From contig JAIDTL010000156.1 of NCBI GenBank assembly GCA_029060725.1, positions 3,657 through 67,656 on the forward strand: a DNA stretch of 64,000 bases. The letters are read 5' to 3'. The translations under genes were made by a program, and so were the position numbers. This document shows, one piece after another, positions 9,692 through 19,097 of this stretch. The notes under the pieces were generated by a model. The model worked only from the letters and a program-made list of their open reading frames with translations, was not told the DNA's origin and searched no databases. Position 1 is the first letter of the stretch; every line of letters begins with the position of its first letter. The stretch comes from Muribaculaceae bacterium. GTDB lineage: Bacteria > Bacteroidota > Bacteroidia > Bacteroidales > Muribaculaceae.

Positions 9692-11710
9692 TTAGTGAGC
9701 GATGTGCTTCTTGGCGTTTTGTATGTAGATTTGGCCCTTGGAGAGATTTGCCTTATTGATGCGTCTGCCGAATACATCGTAGCAGTCACTATTATGATTA
9801 TTATCTTCAAGTATACTATCGACTGCAGTCACTTTGGAGACTTTCGCTATTGCGTCAGCAAGAGCAGCCGTAGCTTGCTCGTAGACAGTGGGGGAAGTCG
9901 ACACGAGAGATTCATAGCTTTCGATTGCAGCTTTCAAGTTTTGTGCTTCTTCAGTAGAGAGGATATCTTCTGAAAGAGCCGCATAAAGGTCTTTGGCTTC
10001 CTTAAGCGTGCGCTGGAAAGTGCCTTTGTATCTCTCAGCGGTCGACATTGCTGTTGCTATCTTGAGGTTGCCAACGATCACGGCAGCCCAACCGGAGGTC
10101 ATACTGTAGGTGACTGTATAATTTCCATCTGCCGGAATGTCAAATTCGAGAGAATGGTATGTAGAGTTGGAAATCTTACCTTGTTGCTCATCCATATTTC
10201 CGGTGGAAGGAAGCGATGGGAATGTAGCCACGACGGTTCCTTTCGGATCTTTCACAGTGAAATCAAACGTAACTTTCCCGTCAAGCGAACCCTTGTTCCA
10301 ATATACGGAATTGAAATTGGCTACATAGCGTCCTTTGTCGAAATGAAGAGCATAGTCCGGAGTGTATTTACCGTATGTTATCTCGCACCGATCATAGTCG
10401 CGTGCGCTGAGATAGAACCCCTCATTGAAGTCGCCTCCGGTCATGAAATATTTCATTCGAGCGCCACCTGTGTTTGCGCTGCCCGAAGTCTTTTCATCTT
10501 TTTCCCCATTGGAGCGGGTGTTGATGCGATACCATCCCGTAGGGATTCCCTCTCCTACCGTGTTTTCCTCAGCTCTAAGATTTGGATTGAATACTTCATT
10601 ATATGGAGGCACGTCGCCTACTTCTTCCACACCGAAAGTGTAAGTTGCCTTAAACACTTTCATCACGCCTTCATTCTCTCCCTTCACATTGCGAAGAGAA
10701 AGAGCATATTCACCGCGTTCGATTTCAGGGACAGTCAGAGTAAGGGAATTACCGTTGCTCTTGACATCCAGATTGACCGGAACGCCATCTTTGATTAGCT
10801 GAGCCTCAGCTTCGGAGCCATCTACGTTCATATCGAAAGTCAACGATATATCCATGCCATCAAGTGGAAGATCAAACGAACCGTCTTCCGGTTCCACTGA
10901 GGTCACTTTTGGAGCATCAGGTCCGAGACTCCAACGTTGCATAAAGTTCCACGCTTCGATACTCGTAAGGCAGAATACTGGATCTTCCGACTGCCAGTGT
11001 CCTTTTCCGGCAAACTCAAGTAGGCGAACCTCTACCCCATCTTTACCATCGCCCCAGATGTGCATCTTAGCGCCTTTATTACGGTTGCCCTCAGGATAAG
11101 GATCGATGAGCTTCTCGACAGTGTTGCATCCGTTGTGCTTGATCCAGTTGTCGAGAGTTGGCTGTACACCGCTGAAGACGCAGACATCGTCGCCTGTGCC
11201 ATGCACATGCATGATGGGTACAGGGCGAGAGCTATAAGCACTCTTGTCCCACATCGGATAACCGCTTACGGGAACAAAAGCAGCGATTTTATCGGGAATA
11301 CGGTTGGCACAATGATATGTGAACATGCCACCCATTGAGAAACCGGTGAGATAGACTCTTCCTGTGCTGATATTTTGTTCTTTCTCCATCTTGTCGATGA
11401 TTGCACATACCAGATCCACGTCGCGGTTGCCGCCGATATCCCAACCATGGTCGATTCCTTCAGGGAATACGAGTACAAACTTGGCAGTGTCTGAGACAGC
11501 GGTCCACTTTGAGTTGCTGTCGTGCCAGTCAGCGCTCTGATTCATCCCATGACAAGCGATCACGAGTGCAGCCCCTGAGGGGGTGTTGTCGGGGACATGC
11601 ACCTTAATGTCGCGCGACTGTCCGTTGACGGTAAGTTTCTGCCAAGTAGTAGATGCAGATAAGGCAAACACGCTCAGCGCACAGATGCCTAAAGAAATTA
11701 GTTTTTTCAT
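9692..11710 (-). CDS. secreted alpha/beta-hydrolase esterase (CE1/LpqC-like; feruloyl/acetyl esterase candidate) with Ig-like and beta-sandwich modules
   Basis: GFSMGG nucleophile elbow, HGTGD, GKGHW; signal peptide; short T9SS-like C-terminal tail. Confidence 0.75.
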   Translation of the reverse strand: MKKLISLGICALSVFALSASTTWQKLTVNGQSRDIKVHVPDNTPSGAALVIACHGMNQSADWHDSNSKWTAVSDTAKFVLVFPEGIDHGWDIGGNRDVDLVCAIIDKMEKEQNISTGRVYLTGFSMGGMFTYHCANRIPDKIAAFVPVSGYPMWDKSAYSSRPVPIMHVHGTGDDVCVFSGVQPTLDNWIKHNGCNTVEKLIDPYPEGNRNKGAKMHIWGDGKDGVEVRLLEFAGKGHWQSEDPVFCLTSIEAWNFMQRWSLGPDAPKVTSVEPEDGSFDLPLDGMDISLTFDMNVDGSEAEAQLIKDGVPVNLDVKSNGNSLTLTVPEIERGEYALSLRNVKGENEGVMKVFKATYTFGVEEVGDVPPYNEVFNPNLRAEENTVGEGIPTGWYRINTRSNGEKDEKTSGSANTGGARMKYFMTGGDFNEGFYLSARDYDRCEITYGKYTPDYALHFDKGRYVANFNSVYWNKGSLDGKVTFDFTVKDPKGTVVATFPSLPSTGNMDEQQGKISNSTYHSLEFDIPADGNYTVTYSMTSGWAAVIVGNLKIATAMSTAERYKGTFQRTLKEAKDLYAALSEDILSTEEAQNLKAAIESYESLVSTSPTVYEQATAALADAIAKVSKVTAVDSILEDNNHNSDCYDVFGRRINKANLSKGQIYIQNAKKHIAH

Positions 11711-11738
11711 ATTTTTTTCCTGATAAATTTTTCTGATG

Positions 11739-11746
11739 CAAAGATA
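11739..11746 (-). promoter_or_regulatory. Bacteroidetes -7 promoter element (esterase)
   Basis: TATCTTTG on minus strand, about 30 nt upstream of the ATG. Confidence 0.55.
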
Positions 11747-11927
11747 ATGTCAATTTCAGATTATCATTTACCAATCGGTGGATATTACATTCAAAATAGT
11801 ATCTTACCGGTTTAAAGAAACATTAAAAAGGGGAATTTGAGACAATTTTATACGTAAAATAGCCAACGATGCAACAAATCTAAACACTTTTAAAATTCCG
11901 ATGAAATAAATATTGAAATCTTTTTCC

Positions 11928-11935
11928 TAATTTTG
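11928..11935 (+). promoter_or_regulatory. Bacteroidetes -7 promoter element (GH98-1)
   Basis: TAATTTTG followed by CA. Confidence 0.5.
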
Positions 11936-12007
11936 CATTAAACATTTTAGCATATTTCAAAACCAAGAAAAATAACAAAAATATATTACGAATAAAATCA
12001 TTACATT

Positions 12008-15000
12008 ATGAAGCGAATTTTATTTTGCCTGTTGTTGTCAGTTTTCGGACTTGCGCTCTTTGCGCAAACCAGACGACCGATAGACAACCAGAATCCATTA
12101 TGGATGATCCACATCGATGTCTGGAATTCTGCAGATCCGCAGAAAATCATTGATCTGATTCCTGAGGAGATCAAACCCTACGTATGCATGAATCTTTCTC
12201 TATCATGCCAGTATGACAAAGACACTAATATGTACAGGATGCCCCGATCGGCAGTGCGTACATATAAATCTTGGGCATCCGTGTGCCAGCACAACGGACT
12301 ATGGTTTACATGCCAGCCTGCCAGCGGCGGTCACACCCATATTCAAGATGACGACTTGGAGACATTCGAATACTTCTTCAAGACTTATCCCAACTTCTTA
12401 GGATGGAACTATGCCGAACAGTTCTGGGGTTTTGACGAGGCTGGCGACAAGAGCAGTAGCACCCAACAATCACGCATAGCCTTGTTTGCAAAACTCGTAG
12501 AAATGTCGCACAAATACGGAGGCTTCCTGACTGTAAGCTTTTGCGGAAATGTATGGAGTCATCCGCTCAATCCACTGGGCATGATGAAACGCAACGCTGA
12601 CTTGCACAAGGCTTGTCAAGCATATCCCGAAGCAATACTTTGGCTTTATAAATACACTACAAGCAGCTGCTTCTACAACAACGAGAGCGTCTCTTGGGGA
12701 CCATTCGTAGCCGGGCTTGCCAACAATTATGGAGTCCGCTATGACAACTGCGGCTGGAACGGAGCACTCAGCGATATATGCGGAGAAAACACCAAGCCCT
12801 ATCCCGGAGCAGCCGGTATCGGAACAGTCATGGAGCAGACATGTGTCAACGGTGGTGCCGTTTGGGACGGTCCGGAGCTAATATGGACAGAAGACTTCCA
12901 AAATCTCAACAATTCTACTGTCAATGGCTACCAACGTCGTAACTGGGGTAAATTCCCTAACTTCGACGGCATTTGGCTTGACATGTTTGGCAAAATCATT
13001 GATGGCTCAATGTATATCCCGACAAGACAAGAAGTGGTAGAAAAGACTAAAATCGCTGTCATCAATGATGTCACAGGAGGAAACGATGAAGATAAATATG
13101 CATCATGGGATAATCTTTATGACGGTCTTTATAAGCAGACAGACCCATTCAATAGAAACGACGGATATTGGATGAACAATTATCTCTACTTAAAAAAGAG
13201 CGGTCGCTACGGCACTATTCCAGTAATGCTTGAAGCTTACGATGATTTAGCAAAGCAAATTCCGGCGCTCGTGAATAAATCCACCCGTAATACACGCTGG
13301 AACACTGTGAATAAAAAGGTAAATGAGTTTAATCAGTATTATCCAGAAGTGTCGGTAGGAGATTTATACGTCAATCGTTTCCGCAACCAGCTCGTCACTT
13401 ATACTCCATATTCAAACATCACCGGAAAAAGCGCCACTGCAAAAATTCCTCTCAAATATAACACCTGCGATACACTCGAATTGAAATACAATATACTTTC
13501 GTCAGGTGTAATCAGAGAATATGAGGATCATATTGATTTCTATTTGAACAACTTCAGAAACGATACCACGACAAGGCGAATGGACGTAATCAGAATCCAT
13601 GGTCTCAATGCAGAACCATCTTATAAGGTCAATAAGCATGGCGACTATTACGCTTCTGTCTCAAGCAGCTATAATGAGGAAAAGAACACTTATACACTCA
13701 ATGTAAGGCATCTTGGACCGGTAGATGTCACTGTTTTCTGTCAGGGTAATGCCGACAGGAAAGATGCTAACGATGCTATACCTTCCGATTATAGCTTGCC
13801 TATTCCAAAGCAACCTGAGTTTTTTAAGGGAAGTGTCATTATTGAGGCTGAAAACATGGACTATAAAAATGTCAAGAATGTCGCTTTCACTCATTCCGGA
13901 TGGTGGGCACCTGACTATAATCAATTTGCTGCATTAGGCTACGTAGAAATGGGCTCTAACACTCAAGCCTCACTACGACATGAGTTAAATCTCAGAGAAG
14001 CCGGTGACTATGAAATCGCCATACGATATTGCAATACCTCCAAATCCGGAGATCTTGAGGTTTCTATCAACGGTGAAGTACATAACATAACTCTTGATAA
14101 GGTGAAGAAGAATGAGTGGACCAAGATCAAGGTGCCTGCTTCATTGAAAGAAGGCATAAACACTCTTATCCTTACAAATACAGGTGCTACCTCTCCGACT
14201 ATCGACCAAATAATATACATTCCCAAGGGCACAGAAGAGGAAAAATTCCTTGTGACAGTGAGAGAAGCAGAAAACGGAACTGTAAAGGCAGATCTCAGCC
14301 AAGCCGCAGAAGGGGATAAAGTAACTCTTACCGTAAATCCTCAAGAGGGATATGCGCTTAAAGAACTGAAAATTGTAAATTCAGTATTCTATTCAATGTC
14401 AGCTACAATTGAGATCGGAGAATCCGGTGAAATATCCTTCATAATGCCTGACGACAACGTAACAATCCAACCGGTCTTTGTCGATACCACATCTGTCTAT
14501 AAACTCGACTTTAGAAATGTAGCCAACGGAACTATTCCTGAAGGGTGGCAATGTATCCAAGAAAACAATGAGATACATGAATATCCACAGTCTTATGGGA
14601 TGGGAGCACGCACTTTCAAGGATTTCACAGGATATCAAGGGAAAGCTCTTTATTGGCGCAACGGAAGGGCAGAATATGGCGTTCAAGCCAACTATCCTCT
14701 TACCCTTGAAGCTGGCGACTATAAACTCACATTTGCTATGGCGGCCTGGAAAGAACATCCTATTTATAAGGTGATGATCAGAAATCTTGACTCTGATAAT
14801 GCTACGGCACAGTCTGAAATATTCACTACAAAAGTAAATGCAAACGGAAACACCTCAGCTGATCTTTCTGCAGAAGAGCAACATGAATTTGAATTCTCCA
14901 TCCCTGAAAATGGCAAATATGTCATATCATTTGTCGATCAGACCAATGCAGGAGGCTATCATGAGTTCCTTCTTCTTGAATGCAAATTGAATTATGAAGG

Positions 15001-15151
15001 AATTTCAGGTGTAGAATCCCTCACAGAAGGAATCAAGAGAGTGCCGGCAGGCATTTACACTCCTCAAGGTCTGAAGATAAGCTCAATGCAATCAGGACTC
15101 AACATCGTCATAGAAGCAGACGGAACCGTTAAGAAAGTCATGAAGAAATAA
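12008..15151 (+). CDS. GH98-like endo-xylanase with CBM35/CBM6-like module, extra domains and T9SS-like tail
   Basis: RRPIDNQNPLWMIHIDVWN..DPQKIIDLIP and NYAEQFWGF resemble the B. ovatus xylan GH98 (recalled); IEAENMD..IAIRY CBM-like segment. Confidence 0.8.
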   Translation: MKRILFCLLLSVFGLALFAQTRRPIDNQNPLWMIHIDVWNSADPQKIIDLIPEEIKPYVCMNLSLSCQYDKDTNMYRMPRSAVRTYKSWASVCQHNGLWFTCQPASGGHTHIQDDDLETFEYFFKTYPNFLGWNYAEQFWGFDEAGDKSSSTQQSRIALFAKLVEMSHKYGGFLTVSFCGNVWSHPLNPLGMMKRNADLHKACQAYPEAILWLYKYTTSSCFYNNESVSWGPFVAGLANNYGVRYDNCGWNGALSDICGENTKPYPGAAGIGTVMEQTCVNGGAVWDGPELIWTEDFQNLNNSTVNGYQRRNWGKFPNFDGIWLDMFGKIIDGSMYIPTRQEVVEKTKIAVINDVTGGNDEDKYASWDNLYDGLYKQTDPFNRNDGYWMNNYLYLKKSGRYGTIPVMLEAYDDLAKQIPALVNKSTRNTRWNTVNKKVNEFNQYYPEVSVGDLYVNRFRNQLVTYTPYSNITGKSATAKIPLKYNTCDTLELKYNILSSGVIREYEDHIDFYLNNFRNDTTTRRMDVIRIHGLNAEPSYKVNKHGDYYASVSSSYNEEKNTYTLNVRHLGPVDVTVFCQGNADRKDANDAIPSDYSLPIPKQPEFFKGSVIIEAENMDYKNVKNVAFTHSGWWAPDYNQFAALGYVEMGSNTQASLRHELNLREAGDYEIAIRYCNTSKSGDLEVSINGEVHNITLDKVKKNEWTKIKVPASLKEGINTLILTNTGATSPTIDQIIYIPKGTEEEKFLVTVREAENGTVKADLSQAAEGDKVTLTVNPQEGYALKELKIVNSVFYSMSATIEIGESGEISFIMPDDNVTIQPVFVDTTSVYKLDFRNVANGTIPEGWQCIQENNEIHEYPQSYGMGARTFKDFTGYQGKALYWRNGRAEYGVQANYPLTLEAGDYKLTFAMAAWKEHPIYKVMIRNLDSDNATAQSEIFTTKVNANGNTSADLSAEEQHEFEFSIPENGKYVISFVDQTNAGGYHEFLLLECKLNYEGISGVESLTEGIKRVPAGIYTPQGLKISSMQSGLNIVIEADGTVKKVMKK

Positions 15152-15185
15152 TCATAAAACTGATTATCGGAATCCTTGGATATTG

Positions 15186-15221
15186 AAAAAAGCGCATAAG
15201 CTAAGGCTTATGCGCTTTTTT
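15186..15221. terminator. bidirectional rho-independent terminator
   Basis: AAAAAAGCGCATAAGC-TAAG-GCTTATGCGCTTTTTT between the convergent GH98 genes. Confidence 0.9.
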
Positions 15222-15239
15222 AATAGGAAGGGTGAATTA

Positions 15240-17600
15240 TTATTTCTGAATATACTTTTTGCCGTTCTTAATCACGATGCCACGGTAGTTTTCATCTACT
15301 TTCTGACCATATACATTGTAGATCATACCGTTGTCCATGACTGTAGAGATGGTCTCTACAGCGTTTTCAAAGAGTGGAGTAAGGGTGAAGTTATCCAGAT
15401 ATAGATTGGCGGTCTGAGTTTTAGTAGAAGAAAGCACAATTTCATTGATTCCTTCAGGAACATCAAACTCGACTGAAGATTCAGCCCAAGCATTGTCCTC
15501 ACCAGTTTTAGCAAACTTCACGTTACGAGCTACTATCTTACCGTTTAATGTAATATTAACACGGCTGACCTCTTCATCAGGAGCAAGATATCGGATTGTC
15601 ATCTTATATCTGCCAGCCTCATCGATACGAATATGGTCGCGGAGTTTTGCGCCATTCTTTGTTCCGTATGACACATATCCAAGAGCTGTGAAACCGGGAA
15701 TATCGGAACGTCCGGAGCCATTGCCAGCTTTATCGATGCTTGCATAATCCGAATTCTCCCATTCCCACTGACGTGTGCCTTTGTATACAGGAGGTATATC
15801 ACACCCGTAGGTCTTCTCCCATACAGGCACCTGCATACGGTCGCGGTTTGCACCTTCACACTTAACGTTTATATCAAGCGGACCAAGATGTGATACGATA
15901 AGAGTAAGATTCCCATCTTTATACGATGAAGTCACATTCGATACCTTATGATCACCTCTCTCGATTACATTATACGTTGGTTGTGAATTGCATCCCCTTA
16001 TAATGATCGTGTCGTTGGTAAACTCTTTAAAGTGTGTATAGTTGTTCAGATAAATATCAAGTCCATCCTCTTTCTCTGTTACCAATCCAAAAGAATACAT
16101 CGGCATTGTAATAGTGACGGCATCGCATGAATTGTATCGAAGAGCCATTGTAGATGTTTCCACCTTACGCTGCTTTTCATACTGGCTGTTGTTATAGACA
16201 AGCCAGTTATTATCAATACGGCGCACATAAAGGCTGGTCTCCGGATCATCTAAAGTCTGGGGTGAGAACATTGAATTAAACTCATCTACCTTATCAGTAG
16301 CACCGGGCCATTCCTTATAATAATTACTTTGCTTCACTACACGACGGAATCCGAGTTCCTCTCCATTATCTACAAATATTGTGGGGACGGTAGTGTAACG
16401 CCCGGTCTTCTTCAAATAGACCGTATCGTTGCCAAATGTGCCATTGTCAAGGGCATATAATCCTGTGAACAGGTATCTTTGAGAGCGCCGTCCCTCCCAA
16501 TTATTTGTTGTTTGCTTCTGGTCGATATCATTATAAACGGCAATCTTTGTGCTGTCGATCACTTCCTGACGTGGCAAAATACGAATTACTCCATCAGTAG
16601 TAAACTTACGCCATACATCCATGTATACATTCGGGAACTGTGAATAAAATTCAAACTGACGTGTATTGTATCCATCTTCTGTCTTAGCATCTTGAAGAGC
16701 ACGGACACATTGATTCCAGATAAGTTCCGGTCCATCTTGCACTGTCTGTCCGGTCATCATCATGTGCTCAAGAATTGTCATACCTCCAATGGCAGGAGGC
16801 ATCTTCTGTTCATTCGGCATATTGTTATGCACATGATCTACATATCCACATTGGTCAAAGCGCATTCCCCAGTTGTCGCAATAGTCAGAAAGGAAAACTC
16901 CAAGACACATGCTCTCCATGTCGTAGAAATTGCCTGATGTGGTATATTTCTCGCAATAAATAAGGTGTTCCTTATGTTTTTTGGCAGCCTCAGCAAAAGC
17001 CGGATAACGTTTAAACATCGTTAGAGGAGAGGTAGAATCCCATTCCGGGATTACAAGACAGTTGCTTATGACGAGATATCCGCCGAATTCATCTGCAAGG
17101 TCAAGTAAATTGACAAAATGATTCATACGGTCGGAAATTGTAGGACTTTTCACACCGAAAGGATGAAGACCGTCTGCGTCATCAAATCCCCAAAATTGCT
17201 CGCAATAATTGAAACCTAACAAGTTGGGATAGGTCTCGAAGAAATATCTGTAGACATCAGTATTATAGTCAGAAAACCAAGAATGTCCGCCGCTGGCTGG
17301 CTGTATCAGAGCCCAGACACGATTTTCAGCGCAAGTGCGAAGCCATGACTCAGCGGTCCTGTAACCATCTTTTGTCACACTGGGGGAAGCGGAGAGAGAT
17401 ATATTAAATACCGTGTAAGGAAGCATATCCTCCGGAACAAGGTCTATTACTTTCTGAGGGTCGGCATTATTCCACACATCTATATGGAAAATGTACATTG
17501 GTTGCTGTGGAGAAAGGGGACGCCGCATTTCGGCAGCAAAAACTTTCAAAGGCAAGAGCAATGAAAGCAAAATAGAAATAATTATTAACCGATACTTCAT
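15240..17600 (-). CDS. second GH98-like endo-xylanase with CBM-like module and T9SS-like tail
   Basis: RRPLSPQQPMYIFHIDVWNNADPQK, QPASGGH, NYCEQFWGF, DGPELIW shared with 12008..15151; ATG at 17600. Confidence 0.8.
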   Translation of the reverse strand: MKYRLIIISILLSLLLPLKVFAAEMRRPLSPQQPMYIFHIDVWNNADPQKVIDLVPEDMLPYTVFNISLSASPSVTKDGYRTAESWLRTCAENRVWALIQPASGGHSWFSDYNTDVYRYFFETYPNLLGFNYCEQFWGFDDADGLHPFGVKSPTISDRMNHFVNLLDLADEFGGYLVISNCLVIPEWDSTSPLTMFKRYPAFAEAAKKHKEHLIYCEKYTTSGNFYDMESMCLGVFLSDYCDNWGMRFDQCGYVDHVHNNMPNEQKMPPAIGGMTILEHMMMTGQTVQDGPELIWNQCVRALQDAKTEDGYNTRQFEFYSQFPNVYMDVWRKFTTDGVIRILPRQEVIDSTKIAVYNDIDQKQTTNNWEGRRSQRYLFTGLYALDNGTFGNDTVYLKKTGRYTTVPTIFVDNGEELGFRRVVKQSNYYKEWPGATDKVDEFNSMFSPQTLDDPETSLYVRRIDNNWLVYNNSQYEKQRKVETSTMALRYNSCDAVTITMPMYSFGLVTEKEDGLDIYLNNYTHFKEFTNDTIIIRGCNSQPTYNVIERGDHKVSNVTSSYKDGNLTLIVSHLGPLDINVKCEGANRDRMQVPVWEKTYGCDIPPVYKGTRQWEWENSDYASIDKAGNGSGRSDIPGFTALGYVSYGTKNGAKLRDHIRIDEAGRYKMTIRYLAPDEEVSRVNITLNGKIVARNVKFAKTGEDNAWAESSVEFDVPEGINEIVLSSTKTQTANLYLDNFTLTPLFENAVETISTVMDNGMIYNVYGQKVDENYRGIVIKNGKKYIQK

Positions 17601-17648
17601 CTTAATTAAAGATAAATTATTAAAGAATAAAGACAAAATAGAACTTTG

Positions 17649-17697
17649 AAAAAAAGGGAGAGGTGAATCCCGACGACGGGATTCGGGCCTCTCCCTT
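17649..17697 (-). terminator. rho-independent terminator
   Basis: AAGGGAGAGG..GAATCCCG/CGGGATTC..CCTCTCCCTT stem with an A-run giving a U-tract on minus. Confidence 0.75.
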
Positions 17698-17717
17698 AAT
17701 ATTTATATAGCAACGAA

Positions 17718-18893
17718 TTATTTATTGACAAACTTCTTACCGTTCTTGATAACGATACCACGGTAGTTTTCGTCAACCTTCTGGCCGAATACGTTGTAGA
17801 TAACGTCAGCGCTCTTAGCAGCGTTGATGCCATTGACTGCACCCGGATCAGTTCCCTTCTCGATGAAGTTGAACTTCTGAACCTTTATTGATTCTACACC
17901 TTCGGGCAGACCCCATGGAGTCTTTACAGAGTTGAGGTGTACGTATGGATAAGCTTCTCCTCTATTTTCAATTTCTTTAGCAGCCAACTCAGAGAAGTAG
18001 AATTCACATTCTCCGTTCTCATCACATGTAGGCTGACATTCAGTGATAGGTGCGCTACCACCTTCCATATCCGGACGATTGAAGAGGAGACGTAAAGTCA
18101 TTCCTGGTGTACCTTTGATATAGATACCTGCGTAGCCGGTAAGGTCAGCAAATTCGCAACCGAGCACGTTGCCGGTGCCGAGAACAACCCAACCTGCACC
18201 AATGTTCTTACCTACATTGTCTTCGCCATAGAAAGGTCTTTCTGTATCGATCTCTGCAGTTTCATCCCATGCTGTCCAGTTATGCCACATATCGATGGTA
18301 ATAGCTTGTGGATCTCTCTCCACTACCTTTGTGAGCACGACCTCGTCAATATAAACATTACCTGGAACAGAACCAACTACTATTGCGTCTTCACCTTCAC
18401 CTTCGGTGATGGTGCGTGCTGTAAAATAGAATGCGTCTACTTTAGTAGATATTGAATAATACTTCTCGCCTGCATAGTCACCTTTATCTGCAACGCCGGT
18501 ATAGTTGATATCGTAGCGGCTACCCCACCATGCATTGATCTGGCCACTTATCGCATCGTTGATCACAAGAGTGCCAAGCGGATCATTCTCGTTCCATGCA
18601 CTCGGTCCGAAATCAGCTGAATCAACTTCACTATCCCAGCTACCGATAACCTTGATTGAAGCAACTTCTGAGAAGTCGATAGTCTTGCCGTCAAGGTTGA
18701 GCATGATTTTGCCTTCGCCTTCACCGCTACATACAAATGCAGCTTCATCTTCATCCCAAGAGATGCTACCCTCAGCGATGAAATCCTCTGCATGGAAAGT
18801 GTACTGGCCTTCGTCGTTCCAGTCAATCATAATCTGGGCATTTGCGCCCATTGCAGCTACGAGAGCTGCACTAAGAAGTGTAAATTTCTTCAT
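17718..18893 (-). CDS. acidic secreted non-catalytic protein with T9SS-like tail
   Basis: signal peptide; tail IYNVFGQKVDENYRGIVIKNGKKFVNK; no catalytic motif recognised. Confidence 0.65.
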   Translation of the reverse strand: MKKFTLLSAALVAAMGANAQIMIDWNDEGQYTFHAEDFIAEGSISWDEDEAAFVCSGEGEGKIMLNLDGKTIDFSEVASIKVIGSWDSEVDSADFGPSAWNENDPLGTLVINDAISGQINAWWGSRYDINYTGVADKGDYAGEKYYSISTKVDAFYFTARTITEGEGEDAIVVGSVPGNVYIDEVVLTKVVERDPQAITIDMWHNWTAWDETAEIDTERPFYGEDNVGKNIGAGWVVLGTGNVLGCEFADLTGYAGIYIKGTPGMTLRLLFNRPDMEGGSAPITECQPTCDENGECEFYFSELAAKEIENRGEAYPYVHLNSVKTPWGLPEGVESIKVQKFNFIEKGTDPGAVNGINAAKSADVIYNVFGQKVDENYRGIVIKNGKKFVNK

Positions 18894-18944
18894 AACATGA
18901 AGTTTTTTGGGTTAATAAAAATATTTGGTTTTTGTGTTGATTTT

Positions 18945-19047
18945 ATTTACCACAAAGCGCCTCTCCGAGGCTACTGTGCTTTTGTTTTGGGCACCCCGGG
19001 CTTAAAGCCCGGGGTTTTGCCATAATCATCAGGTCTCCGACCTGATA
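18945..19047 (+). repeat. REP-like dispersed element family A, copy 2
   Basis: AAAGCGCCTCTCCGAGGCTACTG + CCCCGGGCT-TAA-AGCCCGGGG + ATCAGGTC-TCC-GACCTGAT. Confidence 0.85.
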
Positions 19048-19097
19048 ATTTTTCGAGGATGCTCCAGGCATAAAGACTGGGGCTTTATCATGATTTT

